A stretch of 64,000 nt of DNA from Pseudomonadota bacterium (GCA_022574185.1 JACZSM010000007.1:1307-65306), one strand, 5' to 3'; positions 1-9,516 are shown, counted from the stretch's first letter. The notes: generated by a model from the letters alone, not told the origin. Made by a program: numbers and translations.

Positions 1-124
1 AGGAACATCGAAATGGTGTACATAAATATCAGCCGATCGTTCAAGCTGGCCGCAGTATAGCTCTCAAAACCTTTGAGTCAACGCCTTTTCCCAGCAATTT
101 CAGCTAACTGTGACTCACGTTCTG

Positions 125-166
125 GGCTCTGCAGCCCTAATGGGGCGTTTTTCGGGCTACAGAGCC
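125..166. promoter_or_regulatory. Long inverted repeat upstream of the AKR gene
   Basis: GGCTCTGCAGCCC (125-137) and GGGCTACAGAGCC (154-166) form 13-nt arms with one mismatch and a 16-nt spacer. It could be a terminator of the upstream gene or an operator. Confidence 0.3.
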
Positions 167-261
167 TGCGACGACGATCTTGATATGTGTCGAAAAACCC
201 GTCATTTTCGTGCACATTCGGGTGATCAGTTGATTCAGACGACCTGTGCGGGAGAATTAAG

Positions 262-1161
262 GTGGCAAATCGTAGAGAATTTATGCGTTATTCTGGTGCA
301 GCCGCACTGGCGGCAGCGCTGCCGCCGTCTGTCCTGGCCTCGCACCACGAGCGAGTGGCGTCGCGTCTGATCCCCGGTACTAATGAGACATTGCCCATTG
401 TCGGTCTAGGCAACTCAGTTTCGTTTCGTGATGAGGACCTGAGTATTGCGAGCAAGCTGATCGATGTGTTGCTCGGGCAGGGCGGTAGCTACATCGACGT
501 TGGTGGAGTCAGTCGATTCTCCGTTGGACAGCTTGCTCGCGAGAAAGGCGCCACAGACAAGCTGTTCCTGGGCAATTATCTCGACCCCAATGATGAGCAG
601 GCCATGCACGAGGAAGCCAGGACGGTCGCCAGAGGGCAGGGCAAAGACGCTCTGGATCTCGTGCATACGCGAGATCTGCAGGGATACCGCGCGCAGATCG
701 GACAGTACCGGGCTTTGAAAGCAGCAGGCCTGGTGCGGTATATCGGCGTTGCGCGATCTGGCCAGCGAAATTTCGACGCGATCATGAAACTTATTGACGA
801 TGGTCTCGTTGATTTCGTGCAGATCAACTACTCGATGCTCGAACCTAAGGCGGCTGATCGCCTGCTGCCGTTGGCCAGGGACCAGGGTGTGGCCGTCAAT
901 ATCAGTCGGCCGTTCATCAATGGGCGGTACTTCGGCATGGTCAGCGGGCAAGTGCTGCCTGATTGGGCGGCCGAATTTGATTGCGAGAGTTGGGCGCAGT
1001 TCTCACTCAAGTTCATCCTTGCGCATCCGGCCGTTAACTGTGTATTGACCGAGACGGCGAACCCAGCGCATGCCCTGGATAATCTCGGCGCGGGCCATGG
1101 CCGGCTGCCAGATGCGGCAACCCGGCAACGCATGCTCAACGTCATGCAGAATCTGGTTTAG
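262..1161 (+). CDS. Aldo/keto reductase family protein with twin-arginine (Tat) signal peptide
   Basis: 299-aa ORF with a GTG start preceded by GGAGA. The N-terminus MANRREFMRYSGAAALAAALPPSVLA has an RR-x-F motif plus a hydrophobic region. The remainder looks like an AKR (TIM-barrel oxidoreductase) by eye. Confidence 0.6.
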   Translation: MANRREFMRYSGAAALAAALPPSVLASHHERVASRLIPGTNETLPIVGLGNSVSFRDEDLSIASKLIDVLLGQGGSYIDVGGVSRFSVGQLAREKGATDKLFLGNYLDPNDEQAMHEEARTVARGQGKDALDLVHTRDLQGYRAQIGQYRALKAAGLVRYIGVARSGQRNFDAIMKLIDDGLVDFVQINYSMLEPKAADRLLPLARDQGVAVNISRPFINGRYFGMVSGQVLPDWAAEFDCESWAQFSLKFILAHPAVNCVLTETANPAHALDNLGAGHGRLPDAATRQRMLNVMQNLV

Positions 1162-1164
1162 CCG

Positions 1165-1848
1165 ATGCTGACCGTGCATCACCTCGAGAACTCTCGGTCA
1201 CAACGCATTCTCTGGTTGCTCGAAGAACTCGGCGTCGATTACGAGATCAAGCGCTATGAGCGCGACAAAGTCACGAGTCTTGCACCGCCTGAATTGGTCG
1301 CAATCCACCCGCTGGGCAAATCGCCAATCATCACCGACGGTGATGTGACGATAGCCGAGTCGGGCGCAATCGTTGAATTCCTCGTGCACCAATACGATGT
1401 GGGGCGCTTGCTGCCACGTGAAAGTTCTCCGGAGCATCTGGCTTACACATACTGGCTGCATTATGCGGAAGGGACCTTCATGTCACTGATGATCCTGTCG
1501 CTGATCGTCAATCGCATCGAAACGGCACCCATGCCGTTCTTTGCGAAGCCGATCGCGAAAGGCATTGCCGCAAAGGTGCGCGGTGGTTACCTCGATCCAA
1601 ACATCAAACGTAACCTTGAATTCATGGAATCGACCTTGGGCGAGTCGACCTGGTTTTGTGGTGACGAACTGACGGCGGCGGACATTCAGATGAGTTTCGC
1701 TCTTGAGGCAGCAGAAGTCCGCACCAATCTTGGCGAGGACTACCCGAATCTCGCCGCATTCCTTGAACGCATGCGTGCGCGGCCGGCTTACCAGGCGGCG
1801 CTCGAGAAGGGTGGTCCTTATGAACTTATGGGCGTGACCAAGCGCTAG
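1165..1848 (+). CDS. Glutathione S-transferase family protein
   Basis: 227 aa. The N-terminal thioredoxin-like GST signature is LENSRSQRILWLLEELGVDYE...HPLGKSPII...ESGAIVEFL, followed by a C-terminal helical domain. It starts 3 nt after the upstream stop. Confidence 0.8.
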   Translation: MLTVHHLENSRSQRILWLLEELGVDYEIKRYERDKVTSLAPPELVAIHPLGKSPIITDGDVTIAESGAIVEFLVHQYDVGRLLPRESSPEHLAYTYWLHYAEGTFMSLMILSLIVNRIETAPMPFFAKPIAKGIAAKVRGGYLDPNIKRNLEFMESTLGESTWFCGDELTAADIQMSFALEAAEVRTNLGEDYPNLAAFLERMRARPAYQAALEKGGPYELMGVTKR

Positions 1849-1985
1849 TCTTCCGGTCCTCTACTTGCGTAACGCCATCGAGAGCGACTAAGTCACGCAA
1901 AATGAATGTCTCGGCGTATGCGCTGAGACTCAGACCGAACCGCTCGAGCTAACGTGAGAAATGCAAACCGAAATATGCTTTGGCG

Positions 1986-2010
1986 CATCTAAGTTTATGA
2001 ACTTTAGATG
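1986..2010. promoter_or_regulatory. Imperfect palindrome upstream of the TPR gene
   Basis: CATCTAAGTT-tatg-AACTTTAGATG. The outer 7 nt (CATCTAA/TTAGATG) are perfectly complementary. It lies about 60 nt upstream of ATG 2069 in an AT-rich stretch. Confidence 0.3.
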
Positions 2011-2068
2011 AAAGCACCTCTCTATTCTGGTGTAATCTTATTCCCTCAGGATCTCAGCGATTTCTGGT

Positions 2069-4276
2069 ATGTCCCTGATTACCGAACTAAAACGGCGCAA
2101 CGTCTTGCGCGTCGCTGCGGCCTATCTGGTCGTGGGCTGGCTATTGACTGAGGTTTTAACAGCGATCCTGCCGATTCTGGGTGCTCCTGATTGGGTTTCA
2201 AAAGCGATCATTCTCATATTCGCCTTTGGCTTCATTCCGGCCGTCATTTTCTCATGGGTCTACGGACTGACTCCCCAGGGCTTCATGCGGGAGGAAGATA
2301 TCGATCGTGATAATTCCATGACCCGCAGTTCTGGCAAGACACTGGAATATGTGACGATTGGGGCTGTGGTCGTCGGCGTTATTTTCTTCGCGGTGATGGG
2401 TTCACGGCCTGGTTCCGATGCGCCTCCGCCAAACGCATCGACAGCTAGCTTTGCCTCCATCGCGGTTCTGCCATTCGTCAATCTATCAGGCAGCAAGGAG
2501 AATGAATATTTTTCCGACGGATTAACCGAAACGCTGCTGCACATGCTCGCGCAGATACCGGGTCTTAAGGTTGCCGCACGAACGTCAAGCTTTGCATTCA
2601 AGAATCAGAACAAAACGATCGTTGAAATTGCCAAAGCACTGGATGTTGCGCACATTCTCGAAGGAAGCGTACAGCGCTCTGGCGATCGCGTACGCATAAC
2701 CGCTCAGCTTATCCGCGCAGAAGATGGTTTTCATGTCTGGTCCGAGAATTATGATCGCACTCTCGATGACATATTCGCTATTCAGGATGAAATTGCCGAA
2801 AAGGTCGGTGGGGCATTGTCGGCGTCACTGCTCGGTATTGCAGGAGGCGGCAAGATTGAGGGCGTCAACACCAGCAGCGCCGATGCGTTCGACCTGTATT
2901 TGCAAGCGCTCAACGAGCGTGCAACTTTTTCTTATGGCGGCCTGTCAGCGGCGGAAGGATTGCTCAAAGGCGCGCTGATCATTGATCCCGATTTTCTCGA
3001 TGCAAAGACAGAACTCGCCAACAATTACCTGCAGCAGGTTGAGACCGGCCTCATGGAGGCTGATGATGCCTTTAATTCGGTCCTGGCAATTACGAATCAA
3101 GTGCTGGCGGCCAGTCCTGATGACGTTGGTGCGCGGGCAATAAAGCTATTCACCGAAACGCAGATAATCATGCGAGAAGGCGATCCGGCGGCCAGTCTGG
3201 ATGCGTTCAATCTGCTCCAGGAACTTATCGATGAGGACCCGTCGGCCTTGCAGCCGCGCATTTTTCTCAACCGCATGTTGCGAAATGACGAGCAGATCGA
3301 ACAGGCGTTGACGGGAATGCTCGAGGCGCTGCAGCTTGACCCATTCAACCCACGTATTCACTACGAACTGGGCAATATTTACTCGGCTCTGGAGCGGTGG
3401 GATGAGGCCCGTGTGGTGCTCAAAAAGTCACTGGAACTTGAGCCGGCGCAGCCAAATGCCTATGTAAACCTGGCGAGATTAAGCTTGCAAAAAGGCGATG
3501 GCCTGGATTACATGCAGCTGTTCCTCGCGGCGATGGCGGTTGATCCTGTAGATCACGAATTGCCCGGCATGATCGCTATGTACCTTTATAGCCTCGAACT
3601 CGTCGAGGAGGGTGACGATTTTCGTAACAGGGTCATGGCGATCGCGCCAACGAGCGAAATTTCCTACCGGCTCGAGTTACTGCGAGCGATCGCAACAGGC
3701 GATGAAGACGCTGGCATTGCCAGCGCGCGCCGTGCGATAGAAGATGATATTGAAGATCGTCGTTTTGGTTTTGGCGGCGCCGCACAGCATTTGCTACGCA
3801 TCGCTGCGGCGCGCGGTACTGTTGCCGAGGAATCGGCCTATCTCGAGGAACAGGCTCCTGGCATTCTCGATATTGAAGCGATATCCGTGCCGATCAAGTA
3901 TCGCGTTGCGCAGGTCTTTGCATTCGATGCCTGGTATACGACCTTGAGCAAGGATGAGCTATATAGACGCATTGATTACCTGCAGGAGATCATCGCTGGC
4001 TTCGGTGTGGACCTGTCTGATAATCACCAAATTGAATTTGCTACGCTGGCATTGCGCGGAGAAGTGGAACAGGCCATTGAGGTCGCGCTCGAGCACCTTT
4101 TTAGTGAACCGGTGGCATTAAACCTGGGCTGGGAAGAGAATTTTAAACAGGCGCAATATGCGGAGATTGTCGAAGACCCACGAATTCAGGCAGCAATGAA
4201 GAAGTGGCAAGACGACGAGGATGCAATGCGCGAGCAAATTCGTACCTACCTTGCTGATCTCTACGCATCTACTTAA
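2069..4276 (+). CDS. Membrane-anchored TPR-repeat protein with TolB-N-like module
   Basis: 735 aa. The N-terminus ELKRRNVLRVAAAYLVVGWLLTEV plus a second TM helix is followed by SIAVLPFVNLSG...YFSDGLTE...LEGSVQRSGDRVRITAQLI (TolB-N-like). TPR-type helical repeats follow (YELGNIYSALERWDEARVVLKKSLELEP). Confidence 0.6.
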   Translation: MSLITELKRRNVLRVAAAYLVVGWLLTEVLTAILPILGAPDWVSKAIILIFAFGFIPAVIFSWVYGLTPQGFMREEDIDRDNSMTRSSGKTLEYVTIGAVVVGVIFFAVMGSRPGSDAPPPNASTASFASIAVLPFVNLSGSKENEYFSDGLTETLLHMLAQIPGLKVAARTSSFAFKNQNKTIVEIAKALDVAHILEGSVQRSGDRVRITAQLIRAEDGFHVWSENYDRTLDDIFAIQDEIAEKVGGALSASLLGIAGGGKIEGVNTSSADAFDLYLQALNERATFSYGGLSAAEGLLKGALIIDPDFLDAKTELANNYLQQVETGLMEADDAFNSVLAITNQVLAASPDDVGARAIKLFTETQIIMREGDPAASLDAFNLLQELIDEDPSALQPRIFLNRMLRNDEQIEQALTGMLEALQLDPFNPRIHYELGNIYSALERWDEARVVLKKSLELEPAQPNAYVNLARLSLQKGDGLDYMQLFLAAMAVDPVDHELPGMIAMYLYSLELVEEGDDFRNRVMAIAPTSEISYRLELLRAIATGDEDAGIASARRAIEDDIEDRRFGFGGAAQHLLRIAAARGTVAEESAYLEEQAPGILDIEAISVPIKYRVAQVFAFDAWYTTLSKDELYRRIDYLQEIIAGFGVDLSDNHQIEFATLALRGEVEQAIEVALEHLFSEPVALNLGWEENFKQAQYAEIVEDPRIQAAMKKWQDDEDAMREQIRTYLADLYAST

Positions 4277-4281
4277 AAAAA

Positions 4282-4305
4282 GCCCCGCATCTTGCGATGC
4301 GGGGC
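4282..4305. terminator. Bidirectional hairpin between convergent TPR and lipoprotein genes
   Basis: A perfect 10-bp stem GCCCCGCATC / GATGCGGGGC with a 4-nt loop. It is preceded on the plus strand by A7, which reads as a U-run after the hairpin for the minus-strand gene. Confidence 0.6.
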
Positions 4306-4355
4306 AGAGCCAGTGCAGTGAAACCGTGGGGGTTCAGTCAGGTTTCACGAATGGA

Positions 4356-6242
4356 TCAGGGCTCCAGGAGATACACGCCAATCTTGTAGGCCGTAAAGAT
4401 GTTGGTGTCGACATCGAACTGGCCGCGGGCGTACATCGACCGTGCGGTCGTTGCACCATCGAGGCTCAAGCTCAGGTCCGCAACAAATTCATCGAAGTTC
4501 GAGTACTGTCGCAAACTGTCGACCGTCGCAATCGAGAACAGCATGCGGTCGTTCTCGCGCGGCACGATCGTCGTGTCGGATGCCAGCGTAGTCAGGTCGA
4601 TGAGGACGGGACCTTGCTTGACGTGATGACGAATACCGATGTTGCCATTCTGATTATCGAGCACGAGGCCGTCGCTACCCATGCTGAGGAAAGGGGCCAC
4701 CGTGCCGTCTGCGCCCCAGGCCATGCCGAGAGTGTTGCGTACATCTACGTAATCGATAACCGTGCGACCTGAAAAGTCAGGCGGCGCCATGCCGAATGCG
4801 CTTGGGAATCCGTAAGCAACGATCGGTCGGCCCGTGGCGAGGGCTGCCAAGGTCAGGTTGCCGGTTCCCACCTCATAGTTATCCAGATCCGCATTCAGGT
4901 CCGATGAAGGGCCCGTGCCCGAGAAGTCAAAAATCCCGGCACGTCTGCGGTCGATTGCATGCAGCGTGATGTCGGTCTGTCCCGGCATGATCGTGTTGAC
5001 GATGCCTAAGAGGTGTGTGATGTGCATGCGTACGGCACCCTGCGTTGCGTCAAACAGGATCTGCGGCGCGTTGGCATCAGTTGTCGGTACTTGCTGTTCG
5101 CCGCGAATCGTGACGCGCTGACCAATCGAAATCGCGTCTATGCTCAGAGCGGCGTCGCGATGACCGTCCTTGAACACTTTGGTGTCGGGCCCGACTTCGA
5201 CGATTACGTCGTCGTGAAAGTGCGCTCGATCATCGCTTTGGATGATTGTGGCACCACGAATCGTCAGGAAATTACCGCTGCGGGCAATGACATTGCCGAC
5301 GACTGCATCCATGTCGATGCCCGGCACACTCGATCCGGCAAGCACGATGTCGGCTGTAAATTCACGGTCGCTGACATTGAGCGTGCCCTTGGCGACTGTC
5401 GGAGTACCCGATCCCGCCGCACTGAGTTCACGCAGTCCTTCGATGCCCGCAAACACGTCACCATTGACTTCAAACTCAGTGTCATCAGTTACGTGTACGA
5501 TCATGCGTCCGAAGTCGCCAGCGCTATCATTGAATGGTCGTATGGCGACGACATAGTTCATGCCGTCCTCATCGACCTCGACAAGCGGTCCGCGCACGCG
5601 GATGTCTTTCTCATCCACCGGGTGAACTTCGGCCATTATGAATTGCGCCAGAGCTGCGGTCGCGGGCGTCACCGTGATATCCACTTCATGAGACGCTTCG
5701 AGATCGAAATCGAGCTGCAACAATGCGGCACGACGTCTGACGATTGTAAGCTGATCGTTAGCAGGCAATACGATCCTCAGGTCAGTCTGACCCAGCCAAT
5801 TGCCGTCCAGGTCGGTCACGACCGTTTTCTTGGCCAGGTCCGAAGCTTCAACGAATACCTCGGCGTCGCTGTAATCAAAGCTGATGGTGCCAGCAACATA
5901 TGTGGCGGGTGGCACAATTACCGCAGTCACAAGTTCGGTCAGATCGACATAATCCGTGAAGTTGATGCGGGTTTTGCGAGGCAGTACCTCGACGGTTCGG
6001 CCGTCCGCTGTTTCCAGCGTCAATGACAGCACGTCGACTGTGTAATTGAGGAAGTCCCCGTCTGCGTCGGTGAAGCCGATCAAGATGGTTCCACACTCAT
6101 CAAAGGTCGCTGAGTCGGCGGGATTACAGGACACTGAAGTGCCTGGATCGGTGCTGCCTGTCGTGCTGGCACCACCGCCGCAAGCGGCGAGTATAAGGGC
6201 GGCGAGCAATATGGCCGCCTGTCGGGTATGTGCAAATATCAT
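4356..6242 (-). CDS. Large lipoprotein of unknown function (beta-rich; DUF4382/DUF5666-like by eye)
   Basis: Start trimmed to the ATG at 6242 (MIFAHTRQAAILLAALILAACGGG, lipobox LAAC), preceded by AAGGAGAG. Repeated beta-domain segments occur (VRGPLVEVDEDG..., IRGATIIQSDD..., VTIRGEQ...). Function is unknown. Confidence 0.6.
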   Translation of the reverse strand: MIFAHTRQAAILLAALILAACGGGASTTGSTDPGTSVSCNPADSATFDECGTILIGFTDADGDFLNYTVDVLSLTLETADGRTVEVLPRKTRINFTDYVDLTELVTAVIVPPATYVAGTISFDYSDAEVFVEASDLAKKTVVTDLDGNWLGQTDLRIVLPANDQLTIVRRRAALLQLDFDLEASHEVDITVTPATAALAQFIMAEVHPVDEKDIRVRGPLVEVDEDGMNYVVAIRPFNDSAGDFGRMIVHVTDDTEFEVNGDVFAGIEGLRELSAAGSGTPTVAKGTLNVSDREFTADIVLAGSSVPGIDMDAVVGNVIARSGNFLTIRGATIIQSDDRAHFHDDVIVEVGPDTKVFKDGHRDAALSIDAISIGQRVTIRGEQQVPTTDANAPQILFDATQGAVRMHITHLLGIVNTIMPGQTDITLHAIDRRRAGIFDFSGTGPSSDLNADLDNYEVGTGNLTLAALATGRPIVAYGFPSAFGMAPPDFSGRTVIDYVDVRNTLGMAWGADGTVAPFLSMGSDGLVLDNQNGNIGIRHHVKQGPVLIDLTTLASDTTIVPRENDRMLFSIATVDSLRQYSNFDEFVADLSLSLDGATTARSMYARGQFDVDTNIFTAYKIGVYLLEP

Positions 6243-6304
6243 GCGTCTCTCCTTGTTCGCTTGTATCTGATTACTAGGGCAACAACGGCTGGATTTGAAT
6301 TCGG

Positions 6305-6332
6305 TTGACACGCATTTATATTTGCAGAGAAT
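6305..6332 (+). promoter_or_regulatory. Putative sigma70-type promoter for the GGDEF-EAL gene
   Basis: TTGACA (6305-6310), a 16-nt spacer, then GAGAAT (6327-6332), about 100 nt upstream of ATG 6434. Confidence 0.3.
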
Positions 6333-6433
6333 CCAAAAAATACAGCGACTTACCTTGTATTCTTACGGCAACGTGTCAAAATGTTGCCGCGTTCGAGCAC
6401 CAGCACTTGGGTACGGGATTATGTCGTGTGAGC

Positions 6434-9085
6434 ATGCCGCCTGACAGTAACGAAACTTCCGGCGTCCGGCATCGCAGACCGCGTGTCGGCGAGCGCAATC
6501 GCGGAGCAGCCGACGCATCGCAGATCAAAATTGCGGTTGGCCTGCAGAACCTGGATCCGGCCAATTTTCGCGAACAACTTCAAACTTACATCGACGATAT
6601 GCCCGATGCGGCTGGCTGCGACGCAGCGTTTGTCACGTTGTTCAACGACAGTGGGGCCCATTTCGACGCTGTGATCGCAGCGACAAACGGCTTCGCCCAG
6701 TGCAAGCCTGCGAATCTGCATGGAGAGGCACTGGATAGTTGGCCGTGGCTGAGCAAGCGTCTGGAGCACCTCAAGGTTATCGAGGTCGCCGATACACTCA
6801 AGGGCTCAAAAGTCGCCAGGGCGGAACTTGAGCGCCTGGCAGAACTGCATATTGGTTCGGTGTTGATTATGCCTTTCTCGGTTCACGGCGAAATCGCCGG
6901 GTTTCTCGCGCTGGCGAACGAACGTCCTGTTGATAGTTGGGACGCCAGTCTTCACCTCTTGCTAAAACTTTTCAGCGCGTCGCTTGCCTCGGGCCTTGAG
7001 AGTGTTCACGACCAAAGCGTGCTGAACGAACTCCACGAGCGCAACGAGCTTATTGCGGCAACGGCCAACGATGGCATCTGGGATTTTAACGGCGAAACCA
7101 AGCGCATCAATTTGTCGAGACGCTGGAAAGCGATGCTCGGTTACGATATTGATGATGAAGACGTGCTGCTGGACTGGTACCACCTCGTGCATCCAGATGA
7201 CATGGCGCGCGTACAGTCCAAAATGCGTGATCATCTCGAAGGTAAGACGTCGTTCTTCGAATCGGTGCACCGCATGAAACATCAGAACGGTGACTGGCGC
7301 TGGATGAGCAGTCGTGCCAAGGCGGTTCTCGATGAGAACGGCAGGCTGCTCAGAATGCTCGGTGTCGAAGTCGACATCACCGAAAGAAAGCTTTACGAAG
7401 AGGCCTTGTTTCGCGAGAAGGAGAGCGCACAGATAACTTTGCAGTCAATCGGTGATGGCGTGATCACGACCGATGCGAACTGCAATGTCGAGTATGTCAA
7501 TCCCGTCGCAGAAGAACTGACGGGATGGAAGGTCGACGACGCCAATGGACGACCGATAGACGAAATTTTTCGAGGTTTTCATGAAGAAACCTGCGAACCG
7601 CTCGAGAACCCGCTGGCGGTGTCAATTCGGCGCAACCGGCCGATCAAATCTGTGCGTCCGACGTTGCTGATCCGTCGCGATGGCAATGAACTCTATATCG
7701 AGAGCACGGCTTCGCCGATCAGGGACGGCAAGACCAAAGTCACCGGTGGCGTTCTCGTCTTCCATGATGTCAGCGAGTCGCGTGAGTTGCATCGAAAACT
7801 AAGTTACCACGCCAGTCACGATATTCTAACGGGCCTGGTCAACCGTCGAGAACTGGAAAACCGGCTCGAGCGCGCGCTGAAAAGTGCCAGGGCGCATGAA
7901 ACGTCGTATGCGCTTTGCTATCTGGACCTCGATCAATTCAAGATGGTTAACGACTCCTGCGGCCACAGCGCAGGTGATGCATTATTACACCAGCTTGGTG
8001 CGCTGCTAAAGTCGAAAATTCGCTGGCGAGATACACTCGCGCGCATGGGCGGTGATGAATTTGGCGTGCTTCTGGAGAGTTGCTCGCTCGATGAGGCGAT
8101 GGAAACGGCCGAAGCGCTGCGTTCGGCGATAAGCGAATACAAATTCATGTGGGACGATCGCAGTTTCCGCCTGGGAGTGAGCATCGGCGTTGTGCCAATT
8201 ACGGCGGAAACCGAAGATGTTGCGGGGCTGCTGAGTGCGGCCGACAGTGCTTGCGCGGCGGCGAAGGAAGCAGGGCGCAATCGCATTCACAGCTATCAGG
8301 AAAACGATATCGATCTTATGCGCCGCCGCCGCGAGATGCAGTGGGCTGCGCGGATTAACAACGCGTTCGATGAAGACCGCTTCGAATTATTTCGCCAGAC
8401 GATTCTGCCGCTCCAGACCGAAGAAAAAGGCGCTCACTATGAAATATTATTGCGCATGCGGGATGAAAACGGCGGTATTATTTCGCCCGGACTGTTCATC
8501 GAGGCTGCCGAACGTTACGGCATTACTCCGAGAATCGACCGATGGGTGATTCGCAGCGCGTTCCGCTGGTTGGTTTCGGAAGCCGACGAACGCGAACGAC
8601 TTACTATGTGTTCGATTAACTTGTCGGGCCAGAGTCTTGGCGATGAGAAGTTTCTGCCATTCGTCATCGACCAATTCCAGATGAGCGGTATCGACGCGAC
8701 GAAAATTTGTTTCGAAATTACCGAAACAGCCGCTATCGCCAGTTACTCGAAGGCCAACCGATTTATCAATGCCCTGAAAGAACTGGGCTGCATGTTTGCG
8801 CTGGATGACTTCGGTACTGGGCTGTCATCATTCGGCTATCTCAAGCATTTCCCGGTGGATTTCCTCAAAATCGACGGTAGTTTCGTCAAAGAAATTCTGC
8901 ATGATCCGATTGACCGTGAGATGGTTCGGTCGATCAATGAGATCGGGCATCTGACCGGCAAAAAAACGATCGCTGAGTTCGCCGAAAACGAAGAAATCAT
9001 CACCATGTTGCGTGGTATGGGTGTGGATTATGCGCAGGGCTATGGAGTGTCGGAACCCAAGAGTGTAACTCGTGCGGTGGCCTGA
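6434..9085 (+). CDS. GAF-PAS-PAS-GGDEF-EAL cyclic-di-GMP signalling protein
   Basis: GGDEF motif RMGGDEFGVLL. EAL-domain motifs are YEILLRM, DDFGTGLSSFGYL and KIDGSFV. Two PAS segments are present (GIWDFNGETKRI..., LQSIGDGVITTD...). The start is set at ATG 6434; the track start 6305 is a TTG inside a promoter-like region. Confidence 0.9.
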   Translation: MPPDSNETSGVRHRRPRVGERNRGAADASQIKIAVGLQNLDPANFREQLQTYIDDMPDAAGCDAAFVTLFNDSGAHFDAVIAATNGFAQCKPANLHGEALDSWPWLSKRLEHLKVIEVADTLKGSKVARAELERLAELHIGSVLIMPFSVHGEIAGFLALANERPVDSWDASLHLLLKLFSASLASGLESVHDQSVLNELHERNELIAATANDGIWDFNGETKRINLSRRWKAMLGYDIDDEDVLLDWYHLVHPDDMARVQSKMRDHLEGKTSFFESVHRMKHQNGDWRWMSSRAKAVLDENGRLLRMLGVEVDITERKLYEEALFREKESAQITLQSIGDGVITTDANCNVEYVNPVAEELTGWKVDDANGRPIDEIFRGFHEETCEPLENPLAVSIRRNRPIKSVRPTLLIRRDGNELYIESTASPIRDGKTKVTGGVLVFHDVSESRELHRKLSYHASHDILTGLVNRRELENRLERALKSARAHETSYALCYLDLDQFKMVNDSCGHSAGDALLHQLGALLKSKIRWRDTLARMGGDEFGVLLESCSLDEAMETAEALRSAISEYKFMWDDRSFRLGVSIGVVPITAETEDVAGLLSAADSACAAAKEAGRNRIHSYQENDIDLMRRRREMQWAARINNAFDEDRFELFRQTILPLQTEEKGAHYEILLRMRDENGGIISPGLFIEAAERYGITPRIDRWVIRSAFRWLVSEADERERLTMCSINLSGQSLGDEKFLPFVIDQFQMSGIDATKICFEITETAAIASYSKANRFINALKELGCMFALDDFGTGLSSFGYLKHFPVDFLKIDGSFVKEILHDPIDREMVRSINEIGHLTGKKTIAEFAENEEIITMLRGMGVDYAQGYGVSEPKSVTRAVA

Positions 9086-9089
9086 GGGG

Positions 9090-9461
9090 ATGAAGAATAT
9101 GACTGTTCGTAGTTTATGGCCATTGCTGCTGCTGGCCGTCACGGTGTCGGGCGGCGCCGATGAGCGGCATCCCTGTTCAGCTGCTGAGCTCAGCAAATAC
9201 AAGTTACAGATCAGCCAATCATTTTTTGCCAATTGGCAGGCAGAGCGAGGTGCCGAATCACTGCATTGCACGGTCGTCATTGACCAGAATTTCCGCGGTG
9301 AAGTCCTGAATGTCGAGCTTGAAGATTGCGGTGAAGCGGTTGCGCTGCATAAGGCGGTCGAAAACGCTGTTTATCTGTTGTCGCCGCTACCGCGGCCGAA
9401 AAATCGCTCGTGTTTTGTGCGTACTATCCGCGTGCATCTGCTGCGTCGCGCCCCGGAATAA
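9090..9461 (+). CDS. Small secreted protein, TolA/TonB C-terminal-domain-like
   Basis: Signal peptide MKNMTVRSLWPLLLLAVTVSGGA. The remainder follows the TolA C-terminal pattern (YKLQISQSFFANW...LHCTVVIDQNFRGEVLNVEL...SPLPRP). Alternative starts are 9072 (GTG) and 9099 (ATG). Confidence 0.4.
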   Translation: MKNMTVRSLWPLLLLAVTVSGGADERHPCSAAELSKYKLQISQSFFANWQAERGAESLHCTVVIDQNFRGEVLNVELEDCGEAVALHKAVENAVYLLSPLPRPKNRSCFVRTIRVHLLRRAPE

Positions 9462-9470
9462 ACCAAAAAA

Positions 9471-9491
9471 AGCCCGGCCGAAAACCGGGCT
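9471..9491. terminator. Hairpin terminator between convergent genes
   Basis: AGCCCGG-ccgaaaa-CCGGGCT preceded by A7 on the plus strand. This gives a U-run for the minus-strand membrane-protein gene. Confidence 0.55.
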
Positions 9492-9516
9492 CGCGATATT
9501 ACTTACCGATTTGCGA

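Noticed and set aside
5013-6026. 337-aa plus-strand ORF.
   Set aside because: It is antisense to the lipoprotein gene and Arg/Asp-rich with no recognisable motif. The lipoprotein frame has a lipobox, a Shine-Dalgarno sequence and domain repeats.
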